The position numbers were made by a program, and so were the translations under genes. From NCBI GenBank assembly GCA_964016885.1, contig OZ024742.1:350734001-350798000 (forward strand): a DNA stretch of 64,000 bases. Direction: 5' to 3'. Positions 26,002 to 39,198 of this stretch are shown here, one piece after another (position 1 is the stretch's first letter; every line of letters starts with the position of its first letter). This stretch comes from Eledone cirrhosa. Lineage: Eukaryota. The notes beneath the pieces were generated by a model. The model saw nothing but the letters and a program-made list of their open reading frames with translations. It was not told the origin of the DNA and ran no database searches.

Positions 26002-26114
26002 GTCTGCATAACTAAAAGTTTGTAGATAGCTGTTTTAGGTTATGTAACTGTTATAGAAACACGTGTCAATAAATTCCTTTCAACTAAACTGTATCCATTC
26101 AAATCTTTCTATAC

Positions 26115-26156
<42 letters not shown>

Positions 26157-26506
26157 ATGTATATATAAAACAATACGGGTGCCTGGTGAAGAGAATATGT
26201 TAAATTCAATCTACATATAATGATAACCTCGCGTTTACTGTTGGGTAACCACATATAATTATGTGTTTGGTGTAATCTCATAGGAAGAACCATGCCAATA
26301 TGATGATTAACAATTCTCAATTGTAACCTCCTCATCAATAGTTTTTTGTTAGGTTTGTCTTTCTCAGAACCAAGTGCAATGGCTCCGTAAATTGGAGAAA
26401 AGGTACATGGCTATCGTTATGGCTGCGTGCTCTGCTGAATAATGATAGGTTACTATTTTAAATGATCACTGTTTCACATGTTTCACATGATGATGATTAT
26501 GATATG

Positions 26507-27545
26507 AATGGCGGTGATGTTTTGATGTCAATGGCGGTGATGTTATGATGTCAATGGCGGTGTTGTTATGATGACAATGGCGGTGTTGTTATGATGACAA
26601 TGGCGGTGTTGTTATGATGACAATAGCGGTGATGTTATGATGACAATGGCGGTGTTGTTATGATGACAATGGCGGTGTTGTTATGATGACAATGGCGGTG
26701 TTGTTATGATGACAATAGCGGTGATGTTATGATGACAATGGCGGTGTTGTTATGATGACAATGGCGGTGATGTTATGATGTCAATGGCGGTGTTGTTATG
26801 ATGACAAAGGCGGTGATGTTATGATGTCAATGGCGGTGATGTTATAATGACAATGGCGGTGTTGTTATGATGACAATGGCGGTGTTGTTATGATGACAAT
26901 GGCGGTGATGTTATGGTGACAATGGTGGTCATGTTATAATCACAATGGCAGTGTTGTTATGAAGACAATGGCGGTGATGTTATGATGACAATGGCGGTGT
27001 TGTTATGATGACCATGGCGGTGATGTTATGGTGACAATGGCGGTGTTGTTATGATGACAATGGTGGTGATGTTATGGTGACAATGGCGGTGATGTTATGA
27101 TGACAATGGCGGTGTTGTTATGATGACAATGGTGGTGATGTTATGATGTCAATGGCGGTGTTGTTATGATGACAATGGTGGTGATGTTATGATGACAATG
27201 GCGGTGATGTTATGATGACAATGGCGGTGTTGTTATGATGACAATGGCGGTGATGTTATGATGACAATGGCGGTGTTGTTATGATGACAGTGGCGGTGAT
27301 GTTATGATGTCAATGGCGGTGTTGTTATGATGACAATGGTGGTGATGTTATGATGACAATGGCGGTGATGTTATGGTGACAATGGCGGTGTTGTTATGAT
27401 GACAATGGTGGTGATGTTATGATGACAATGGCGGTGATGTTTTGATGACAATGGCGGTGATGTTATGGTGACAATGGCGGTGTTCTTATGATGACAATGG
27501 CGGTGATGTTTTGATGACAATGGCGTTGATGTTATGATGACAATG
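26507..27545. repeat. 23-bp minisatellite, about 45 copies
   Basis: Units of aatggcggtg(a/t)tgttatgatgac with period 23. Confidence 0.95.
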
Positions 27546-28183
27546 ATGATGATTATGATGTGAATGGTGATGATGAAAATGGTGCTGCTCCTACTGCTGC
27601 TGCTGCTGCCGCTGCTGCTGCTGCTGATGATGATGATGATAATGGTGCTGCTGCTGATGATGATGATAATGGTGGTGATGATGATAATTGTGCTGATAAT
27701 GGTGCTGATGATGATGATGATGATAATGGTGCTGAAGATGACGATGATGATGATGATAATGGTGCTGATGATGACGATGATGATAATGGTGCTGAAGATG
27801 ACGATGATGATGATGATAATGGTGCTGATGATGATGATGATGATAATGGTGCTGATGATGACGATGATGATGATGATAATGGTGCTGATGATGACGATGA
27901 TGATAATGGTGCTGATAATGGTGATGATGATAATGGTGGAGATGATGATGATGATGATGGTGGTGACCATAATGATGATAATGGTGATAATGGTGATGAT
28001 GATGATGACAATGGTGATGATGATGACAATGGTGATGATGATGACAATGATGATGACAATGGTGATGATGATGACAATGGTGATGATGATGATGACAATG
28101 GTGATGATGATGACAATGATGATGACAATGGTGATGATAATGTTACTGATTATGATAATGTTACTGATGATAGTGATAATAAT
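27546..28183. repeat. (GAT)/(GCT)-rich trinucleotide low-complexity tract
   Basis: Produces spurious poly-D, poly-M, poly-S and poly-I ORFs. Confidence 0.9.
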
Positions 28184-29157
28184 ATTTCTTCCTAAAGTAC
28201 ATACAAGGCTATTTGATTAGAAGCCACCCCAATAAATGACTGGTATTACATTATATTGACCACCCGTTGGAGCTAGTAAAAGGGGACAAATAAGAATGTA
28301 AAGAAAGATAAAACAATCATATGGACACCTTTAAGATTCTTATGAACTCATACATTAATGATAGTTTCTACATTTGGCACAAGGCCAGCAATTAACCTCG
28401 GTTGGATTTGAATTCAGACCATAAAGGGCCGTAACTCTTTGCTGCAAAGCATCGTGTCCGACCCTCTACCGATATTGCCAATAATATTTTTTTTCTAATA
28501 TTGGCAGAAGGCTAAAAATTTGGAGGAGAGGAAAAATCGATATATATCGATGCCAGTACATAAGAGATACTTTACGTGGTCGATTCCGGAGTGAGGAAAT
28601 GTGAAGTTGACCTCGGTGGTAATTCAATTGAGATTCAGAATATCCAAACTATATAATATAAAGCAAGTCAGTCGCTCTTCTCGTATTGCCAACAACTGCT
28701 GTTATGATGATTTCTGATTTAAGCACAAGGCCAGCAATATGATGCTTTAATGTATCGACCGCGTAAATATGATAGGCACAGCTAAGCTTGGCGAAATTTG
28801 AACACAAACGTAAAGGGTCATAGCTCTATGATGTAAAGCAGTGTATAGTCGCAACATAGTCGCAGGCTGATGACTAAATCCAGGAAACGTGTGAAAAGAA
28901 TAATGATAGAATAAAGTAGGGAAATGAGGACTGATACATTTAGAATATGCTGAAAGTTTAGCGGTAGAGAGATTGAGGAAGTTTGCCGTCGATATTTAAA
29001 AAAAGAGATTATATAATTGTTAAAGGAAAAAATGAAATGTTCAATATCAGAAATCAAGAGAATAATCTGAAATCGTACCCGGATATTTCGTTTTGTAGGT
29101 TTACAAAGATTATTACCACGCAGTCGTGGTTTAGACCAATATTATTATAATTTAGGA

Positions 29158-29340
29158 GGGCAGTGGATTGGCCGCATCGGTAGAGGGTCGGACGCTATGT
29201 TTTGCAGCAAAGAGTTACGTTCCTTTATGGTCTTAGTTCCGTGGTTAACTTTAGCTTTCATCCTTACGGGGTCGATAAAATAAAGTACCAGTAATACACT
29301 GACATACATTCTGGCCTTGTGCCAAAAGTAGAAACAATTA
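29158..29340 (+). mobile_element. tRNA-derived SINE (duplicate at 33783-33967)
   Basis: Same core and tail as the other copies. Confidence 0.75.
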
Positions 29341-29706
29341 TTATAATTTAGGATGGTCCTACTGTCACTAAATATACAAGCACTAGTTAGTATTTCACTT
29401 CAGTTGAATTATTTGTTAGGTGACTAATCCATGCCGTGATTAGTTTACTAACCGTATGATAATTTATTTGTCAGGAAATTAATTCTGTTTTGCTATCTGT
29501 TATACATGAACAAGTTATACAATGATGAAAATATTTAAAAAATAAAAAAAATAAAAAAAAAATTTAAGAAAGAAAAACAGGGACAAAGAAGGGCAGATCT
29601 GGCTGAATGGGAGAGTAGAGGAAAGGACTATAAATGCCTCAAATTGAGAGTAAAAGGAAGGTAAGATCAAGGACAATAGAGAACGGGAAAGGAATTTAGA
29701 ACACGG

Positions 29707-30644
29707 AAGAAAGAGAAGGGGATGGGAGAGAGTGACATGCGCTACGTCTAGAGCGGGATGGTGTTTATTTCTTAAGAAAGAGAAGGGAATGGGAGAGAGT
29801 GACAGGCGCTACTTCTAGAGCGGGATGGTGTTTATTTCTTAAGAAAGAGAAGGGAATGGGAGAGAGTGACAGGCGCTACGTCTAGAGCGGGATGGTGTTT
29901 ATTTCTTAAGAAAGAGAAGGGAATGGGAGAGAGTGACAGGCGCTACTTCTAGAGCGGGATGGTGTTTATTTCTTAAGAAAGAGAAGGGAATGGGAGAGAG
30001 TGACAGGCGCTACTTCTAGAGCGGGATGGTGTTTATTTCTTAAGAAAGAGAAGGGAATGGGAGAGAGTGACAGGCACTACTTCTAGAGCGGGATGGTGTT
30101 TATTTCTTAAGAAAGAGAAGGGAATGGGAGAGAGTGACAGGCACTACTTCTAGAGCGGGATGGTGTTTATTTCTTAAGAAAGAGAAGGGAATGGGAGAGA
30201 GTGACAGACGCTACTTCTAGAGCGGGATGGTGTTTATTTCTTAAGAAAGAGAAGGGAATGGGAGAGAGTGACAGGCGCTACTTCTAGAGCGGGATGGTGT
30301 TTATTTCTTAAGAAAGAGAAGGGAATGGGAGAGAGTGACAGGCGCTACTTCTAGAGCGGGATGGTGTTTATTTCTTAAGAAAGAGAAGGGAATGGGAGAG
30401 AGTGACAGGCACTACTTCTAGAGCGGGATGGTGTTTATTTCTTAAGAAAGAGAAGGGAATGGGAGAGAGTGACAGGCGCTACTTCTAGAGCGGGATGGTG
30501 TTTATTTCTTAAGAAAGAGAAGGGAATGGAAGAGAGTGACAGGCACTACTTCTAGAGCGGGATGGTGTTTATTTCTTAAGAAAGAGAAGGGAATGGGAGA
30601 GAGTGACAGGCGCTACGTCTAGAGCGGGATGGTGTTTATTTCTT
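29707..30644. repeat. 67-bp tandem repeat, 14 copies
   Basis: Unit aagaaagagaagggaatgggagagagtgacaggcgctacttctagagcgggatggtgtttatttctt. Confidence 0.95.
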
Positions 30645-32256
30645 ATATTTAATTGTCAATGATCTTTCGTCACACATTCTGTGACCCTGTAATTGATGTT
30701 TTTTGGGCTCCAAATTACTGAATGACACCGAGAAAAGTAAATATTTCTATAGTTAAAGACGTAGAATCTGAAGAAACTAATAGAAGGGTTCATCTTTCTC
30801 AGCAGATTAATCTGAATGTCGGACTGCTTGGTCCAATTCGTTCCGGCACTCTGCTGCGCCCTCTTTCTTCAAATCTCGCTGAGGTTAACTTTACCTTTCA
30901 TTCATTTTTGGTCGGTAAATAAAATACCAGTCCACTACTAGTTCGATTCTTCCTCCATATCACTTTCTCTATTCCTCTCTCCTCAGCTCTCTCTTTCGCT
31001 AGAAAAATCTGGTTGTGTTTTGATCTGGGAAGAGATGAGCCCTGGAAGCTCTTAAATGTCCAAAGGGCTCTGTATATCATCAGCACGGCACCACTACAAC
31101 TTCATCATGATTTAAGGGTCAATACATAAATAGATTCGAAAATAGAATTATGAATTGTGAGCTGTGGGGTCAGCTGGTTTGGGGGGCAATAAAAAAAATT
31201 GTCCCAGACCCAGGATTACTGATCACCTGCCCTTGATCTCAAAAGGCTTGGTTAATGTTTGTCCTGTATTGAGAAGGGAGGGTGGATAGAGGACGAAACT
31301 AGCGGCCATGCCACCATTAATCAAATTTGCTCTAGGAACGACTAACCGTCGCCCAGATATCTGTAGCAAGTGGAAAGAACTAGAGAAGGAGAAAAAAAGA
31401 TAATAGTGTAGCCGTCGAAATTGACAACTATTGGAATGTGTCAGCCTATTAAAGTGCATCTTGTAGTACATTACTATATGTGAAACATGAATATGGCCAA
31501 GAGGTAATTTATTGTGAACCAGTTCACTTTGTCAGCAAATATATCATACGTAGTTAAAGTCGTAAATATTACTTTCATTAACTCATTCACACCTACACAA
31601 TTGAAAAACAAGCTCATGTGTGTATGTCACTGATAATTTGTGTTTTGTGCTTATGTAGGTACCGCTGTATGTAGTATGCATGGTCGTATATACAGGTGTG
31701 TAGTGGCTATGGTCATATATACAGGTGTGTAGTGGCTATGGTTATATATACAGGTGTGTATATTTCAATTTCGAATGCGAAGAAACCAGTCTATGATATA
31801 AAAGTGACTAAAACATGTGTATAGATAACACAAATAAATAAACACACACACACACATACACTCTCTCTCACCCGCACACACGCACACACGCACACTCTCT
31901 CTCTCTCTCACTATCTCTCACACACACACATACACTTATACTATCTCTCACACACACGCACACTCACACACACACTCTCTCTCTCTCCCTCTCACACACA
32001 CACTCTCTCTCTCTCTCACACTACCACATACACTATCTCTCTCTCCTCTCTCTCTCTCTCAACCACACACACTCTCTCTCTCACACACACAGACACACAC
32101 TGTCTCTCTCTCACACACACACGTGCATACACGCACATATACACACAAACATAAACTCATCTCCTTCTCTCTAATTATATACTTACATTCATCATATACT
32201 TACACAAACCCACACATTACACACACATACATACGCAGACACACTTAAATATATAT

Positions 32257-32370
<114 letters not shown>

Positions 32371-32594
32371 GCACGTGCTCAAGTTGACCTCTTTTTACAA
32401 AAGATTTTTTTATCCATCCCTGGTAGATTCGCTCCATCATCCATTTCTCTAAAAAAATAAATCATACATAAAACCCCAGCACCAACAGTTTTGCAAGAGA
32501 TGTCAACATGAATGGACCTATTATTTTTTTCTAAAGATATTTTTTCCAATTCCATCCTGCCCGTCCCCTCAATCTATTTCATTTCTCATTCTTC

Positions 32595-32628
32595 CTTCTG
32601 ATGAAGGATTAGCGCCCGAAACGTTAAG
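32595..32628 (+). ncRNA. Minimal HHR in a PLE pLTR remnant
   Basis: CUU CUGAUGA AGGA-uuagcg-CCC GAAAC GUU AAG, with one stem II mismatch. Confidence 0.6.
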
Positions 32629-34355
32629 ACCCTCTTCCTGCTATATCAAGCGTTAACCTAATATATACCTTCCATATACTGTACCGATTGTGTTATTTCT
32701 GTTTACCTTTTACATATATATATATATGTTTGTGTGTCCATGTGTGTGTGTATGAGGCTGTGTGTGTATGTGCATGTGCGCGCGTGTGTGTGTTTGATTC
32801 TCTGTATATGTGTATATGCGTACGTGTGACTGTATGTATATGTGCATGCGTGTGTGTATGAGTGAGTTTGTGTGAGTGTGCGTGTTTATATGTGTGCGTG
32901 TGTTTGTTTAATGAGATAGAGAAGTGTATCAATGGTACTTTATTTTATCGACCCCGTGCGTATGAAAGGAAAAGCTAACCTGCGCGGGATTTGAATTCAG
33001 ATCATAAAGGGCCGTAACTCTTTGCTGCAAAGCATCGTGTCCGACCCTCTACCGATATTGCCAATAATATTTTTTTTCTAATATTGGCAGAAGGCTAAAA
33101 ATTTGGAGGAGAGGAAAAATCGATATATATCGATGCCAGTACATAAGAGATACTTTACGTGGTCGATTCCGGAGTGAGGAAATGTGAAGTTGACCTCGGT
33201 GGTAATTCAATTGAGATTCAGAATATCCAAACTATATAATATAAAGCAAGTCAGTCGCTCTTCTCGTATTGCCAACAACTGCTGTTATGATGATTTCTGA
33301 TTTAAGCACAAGGCCAGCAATATGAGGGGAGGGGAAAGTTGATTAAAGCAGCCCTACTGCATTACTGATGCTTTAATGTATCGACGGCGTAAAGATGATA
33401 GGCACAGCTAAGCTTGGCGAAATTTGAACACAAACGTAAAGGGTCATAGCTCTATGATGTAAAGCAGTGTATAGTCGCAACATAGTCGCAGGCTGATGAC
33501 TAAATCCAGGAAACGTGTGAAAAGAATAATGATAGAATAAAGTAGGGAAATGAGGACTGATACATTTAGAATATGCTGAAAGTTTAGCGGTAGAGAGATT
33601 GAGGAAGTTTGCCGTCGATAGTTAAAAAAAGAGATTATATAATTGTTAAAGGAAAAAATGAAATGTTCAATATCAGAAATCAAGAGAATAATCTGAAATA
33701 GTACCCGGATATTTCGTTTTGTAGGTTTACAAAGATTATTACCGCGCAGTCGTGGTTTAGACCAATATTATTATAATGTAGGAGGGCAGTTGATTGGCCG
33801 CATCGGTAGAGGGTCGGACGCTATGTTTTGCAGCAAAGAGTTACGGTCCTTTATGGTCTTAGTTCCGTGGTTAACTTTAGCTTTCATCCTTACGGGGTCG
33901 ATAAAATAAAGTACCAGTAATACACTGACATACATTCTGGCCTTGTGCCAAAAGTAGAAACAATTATTATAATTTAGGAGGGTCCTACTGTCACTAAATA
34001 TACAAGCACTAGTTAGTATTTCACTTCAGTTGAATTATTTGTTAGGTGACTAATCCATGCCGTGATTAGTTTACTAACCGTATGATAATTTATTTGTCAG
34101 GAAATTAATTCTGTTTTGCTATCTGTTATACATGAACAAGTTATACAATGATGAAAATATTTTTAAAAAAAATAAATAAATAAATAAAAAAAAAATAAAA
34201 AAAAAATTTAAGAAAGAAAAACGGGGGAAGGAACAAAGAAGGGAAGATCTGGTTGAATGGGAGAGTAGAGCAAAGGACTATAAATGCCTCAAATGAGAGT
34301 AAAAGGAAAGTAAGACCAAGGACAATAGAGAACGGGAAAGGAATTTAGAACACGG

Positions 34356-35293
34356 AAGAAAGAGAAGGGGATGGGAGAGAGTGACAGGCGCTACGTCTAG
34401 AGCGGGATGGTGTTTATTTCTTAAGAAAGAGAAGGGAATGGGAGAGAGTGACAGGCGCTACTTCTAGAGCGGGATGGTGTTTATTTCTTAAGAAAGAGAA
34501 GGGAATGGGAGAGAGTGACAGACGCTACTTCTAGAGCGGGATGGTGTTTATTTCTTAAGAAAGAGAAGGGAATGGGAGAGAGTGACAGGCACTACGTCTA
34601 GAGCGGGATGGTGTTTATTTCTTAAGAAAGAGAAGGGAATGGGAGAGAGTGACAGGCACTACGTCTAGAGCGGGATGGTGTTTATTTCTTAAGAAAGAGA
34701 AGGGAATGGGAGAGAGTGACAGACGCTACTTCTAGAGCGGGATGGTGTTTATTTCTTAAGAAAGAGAAGGGAATGGGAGAGAGTGACAGGCACTACGTCT
34801 AGAGCGGGATGGTGTTTATTTCTTAAGAAAGAGAAGGGAATGGGAGAGAGTGACAGACGCTACTTCTAGAGCGGGATGGTGTTTATTTCTTAAGAAAGAG
34901 AAGGGAATGGGAGAGAGTGACAGACGCTACTTCTAGAGCGGGATGGTGTTTATTTCTTAAGAAAGAGAAGGGAATGGGAGAGAGTGACAGACGCTACTTC
35001 TAGAGCGGGATGGTGTTTATTTCTTAAGAAAGAGAAGGGAATGGGAGAGAGTGACAGACGCTACTTCTAGAGCGGGATGGTGTTTATTTCTTAAGAAAGA
35101 GAAGGGAATGGGAGAGAGTGACAGGCACTACGTCTAGAGCGGGATGGTGTTTATTTCTTAAGAAAGAGAAGGGAATAGGAGAGAGTGACAGGCGCTACTT
35201 CTAGAGCGGGATGGTGTTTATTTCTTAAGAAAGAGAAGGGAATAGGAGAGAGTGACAGGCGCTACTTCTAGAGCGGGATGGTGTTTATTTCTT
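34356..35293. repeat. 67-bp tandem repeat, 14 copies (duplicate array)
   Basis: Same unit as 29707-30644. Confidence 0.95.
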
Positions 35294-36674
35294 ATATTTA
35301 ATTATCAATGATCTTTCGTCACACATTCTGTGACCCTGTATTGGATGTTTTTTGGGCTCCAAATTACTGAATGTCACCGAGAAAAGTAAATATATCTGTA
35401 GCTATAGACGCGGGATCTGAAGAAACTAATAGAAGGGTTCATCTTTCTCAGCAGATTCATCTGAATGTCGGACTGCTTAGTCTAATTCGTTCCGGCATTC
35501 TGCTGCGCCCTCTTTCTTCAAATCTCGCTGAGGTTAACTTTACCTTTTATTCATTTTTGGTCGGTAAATAAAATACCATTCCACTACTAGGTCGATTCTT
35601 CCTCCATATCACTTTCTCTATTCCTCTCTCCCCAGCTCTCTCCTTCGCTAGAAAAATCTGGTTGTGTTTTGATCTGGGTAGAGATGGGCCTTGGAAGCTC
35701 TTAAATGTCCAAGGCACTCTGAATTTTATCCGCACGGCACCCCTACAACTTCATCATGATTTAAGGGTGAATACATAAATAGATTCGAAAATAGAATTAT
35801 GAATTGTGAGCTGTGGGGTCGGCTGGTTTGGGCTGGCAATAAAATAATGGTCCCAGACCCAGGATTACTGATCACCTGCCCTTGATCTCAAAAGGCTTGG
35901 TTAATGTTTGTCCTGTATTGAGAAGGGAGGATGGATAGAGGACGAAACTAGCGGCCATGCCACCATTAATCAAATTTGCTCTAGGAACGACTAACCGTCG
36001 CCCAGATATCTGTAGCAAGTGGAAAGAACTAGAGAAGGAGAAAAAAAGATAATAGTGTAGCCGTCGAAATTGACAACTATTGGAATGTGTCAGCCTATTA
36101 AAGTGCATCTTGTAGTACATTACTATATGTGAAACATGAATATGGCCAAGAGGTAATATATTGTGAACCAGTTCACTTTGTCAGCAAATATATCATACGT
36201 AGTTAAAGTCGTAAATATTACTTTCATTAACTCATTCACACCTACACAATTGAAAAACAAGCTCATGTGTGTATGTCACTGATAATTTGTGTTTTGTGCT
36301 TATGTAGGTACCGCTGTATGTAGTATGCATGGTCGTATATACAGGTGTGTAGTGGCTATGGTCATATATACAGGTGTGTAGTGGCTATGGTTATATATAC
36401 AGGTGTGTATATTTCAATTTCGAATACGAAGAAACCAGTCTATGATATAAAAGTGACTAAAACATGTGTATAGATAACACAAATGAATAAACACACACAC
36501 ACACATACACTCTCTCACACACACACACTCACACTCTGTCTCTTCCACACACACACACACGCACATTCTCTCTCTCTCTATGTTTCACACACACACATAC
36601 ACATACACTCTCTTTCACACACACACACACACACTCTCTCTCTCTCTCACACACACATACACTATCTCTCTCCC

Positions 36675-36705
<31 letters not shown>

Positions 36706-36923
36706 TCTCTCTCTCACACACACACACTATCTCTCTCTCCTCTCTATCTGACACACACACAAACACACTGTCTCTCTCTCTCTCACACACACGCACATAG
36801 ACGCACATATACACACAAACATAAACTCATCTCCTCTCTAATTATATACTTACATTCATCATATACTTACACAAACACACACTTTACACACACAGACATA
36901 GGCAGACACACTTAAATATATAT

Positions 36924-37012
<89 letters not shown>

Positions 37013-37013
<1 letters not shown>

Positions 37014-37204
37014 GTTGTTCCGGGTTGAATCGGAGGTAACCACAGTAAGTAAGGTACTCAATACATAGCAGAGTATAACAGTTTTAATATAGATGAGATT
37101 CTACAGGACTAGAACTGTTTCATTCATTAGAAATCATCAGGAATCTCCTGATGATTTCTAATGAATGAAACAGTTCTAGTCCTGTAGAATCTCATCTATA
37201 TTAA

Positions 37205-37208
<4 letters not shown>
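37013..37208 (-). mobile_element. Tiny PLE-end insertion with a perfect 63-bp fold-back containing an HHR-like core
   Basis: Arms 37080-37142 and 37146-37208; absent from the other copy of the duplication. Confidence 0.75.
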
Positions 37209-37270
<62 letters not shown>

Positions 37271-37494
37271 GCACGTGCTCAAGTTGACCTCTTTTTACAC
37301 AAGTTTTTTCTTCCATTTCTGGTAGATTCGCTCCATCATCCACTTCTTCTAAAAAATAAATCATACACAAAACCCCAGCACCAACAGTTTTGCAAGAGAT
37401 GTCAACATGAATGGACCTGTTATTATTGTCTAAAGATATTTTTTTCCAATTCCATCCTGCCCGTCCCCTCAATCTATTTCCTTTCTCATTCTTC

Positions 37495-37528
37495 CTTCTG
37501 ATGAAGGATTAGCGTCCGAAACGTTAAG
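37495..37528 (+). ncRNA. Minimal HHR (stem II GGA/UCC intact)
   Basis: CUU CUGAUGA AGGA-uuagcg-UCC GAAAC GUU AAG. Confidence 0.7.
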
Positions 37529-37610
37529 ACCCTCTTCCTGCTATATCAAGCGTTAACCTAATATATACCTTCCATATACTATACCGATTGTGTTATTTCT
37601 GCTTACCTTT

Positions 37611-37665
<55 letters not shown>

Positions 37666-39198
37666 GTGTGTCCATGTGAGTGTGTGTGTGGCTCCGTGTG
37701 TATGTGTATATGCGTACGTGTGACTGTATGTATATGTGCATGCGTGTGTGTATGAGTGCCCTTGTGTGAGTGTGCGTGTTTACATGTGTACGTGTGTTTG
37801 TTTAATGAGACAGAGAAAAGTCTATAATAAAGAGCGGGCGTAGAATGAGACATAAATAAGCAGGCTAGCTGGACCTTGTTGATCAAAGCTAACTTATCAT
37901 TAACACATTACGTGCTAGCTCCAACTTTAACTAATATCATTTAACACTTCACTAGATTTCAATCTGGTCGGACAGGATATTATTTTTAAATTCGATAGCT
38001 ACTGAGAAGCATTTTCGAAAAATGTAAAGTTGCTGCTTGCACGGCGTTATTTTATCAATATTTGCCTGAAAACGATAGCTATTTCTGTCAAAGTGGGCAG
38101 TGATATATGAGCTGAACAGTGAAACGATTAAGGGAATATGAAGGAAAGTAGCAAATGAAGTGAAGAAAAGAGGAAGTAAGATCATAAGTATGGTATTTAC
38201 TACATCATTTCTTGATCATCGACATACAAATACAAAACTGCTGTTCAATATTTAAGATATATTACCCAATATGTACATATTTGTCGTTATTGATATTTCT
38301 AACAATATCTTCTGGGTTGATCGAGTGGTGTGTTTGGTAAAAGGAAAAAGAAAAAAGCAATATGGTTAAAGATATGTAGGAAAATGAATAGAACAGAAAA
38401 TATATTGGAAAAAAATTAATATTACGATGCTCGAGGCGTTAACCTTGGGTGGGATGGGGTCCACATACAATAATTGTATTGGTCATGTAAGAATGATGTA
38501 GATATAAATTTCGATCGTCAAACGCGTCGTAGAAACCATATGTACTGTAATAAACTTATGTTTTTTTTAAATATATATCGAAGACATTGGGCAATAAATG
38601 TCACCATTAAACACACTGAAAATAGCGATATAACAAGCTATGTAATGTATGAAATATTGATTATTTACTTATTTATAAATATATTGATGTATTTTCTGTA
38701 TATAATGAATATTAACAGCAGATATATGCTATCATGAATATGCGTCATATGGAACAAATACCAGCTACGTACCAGCGCCCGAATATAAGTGATATTAGGA
38801 GAACGATTGGGTTAGATAGGTAGATAGATAAATAGATAGCTCGATAGCTAGATATATATAGATATAGATAGGCAGATAGGTAGATGGATGGATAGATAGA
38901 TAAATATGTATATAAATAGATAGATAGATAGATATGTTTCTTTTATTTGCCACTAGGGCATCAAAAGTGGGACAAGTACAAAGGGGGGAGTTTACACAAA
39001 AAGGCGTCCTCAATAAGGAGGAGGCAATAACAAAATATAAAAATAAAATGAGATATAACAAAAAATAAAATTTTTAACAAAATCCTCAATAGAGAGGAGG
39101 CGCCTTGGGGGATCGCACACACCCCCGAAAAAAGTGTGCAACCCTTCTCCTCAGGAGCACAGAGAAGGGGTGCTCCCTTGGTCTTTCATCTTCCTCAC

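Larger units (their letters stand above)
21932..26112 (-). mobile_element. 5'-truncated Naiad-like PLE with a 1.67-kb inverted duplication of its 3' half
   Basis: Arms 21932-23608 and 24446-26112 appear identical except for (TA)n length; the spacer encodes the RT C-terminal half. Confidence 0.92.

Noticed and set aside
27371-28220. Long poly-Asp, poly-Ser, poly-Met and poly-Ile ORFs
   Set aside because: Open frames arise from a trinucleotide tract; there is no exon or domain evidence.
29707-30644. Regular repeat array resembling CRISPR
   Set aside because: Pure tandem units with no unique spacers, a eukaryotic context and no cas genes.
31223-31471. 82-aa ORF conserved in both duplication copies
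   Set aside because: Conservation is explained by the recent duplication; there is no domain signature.
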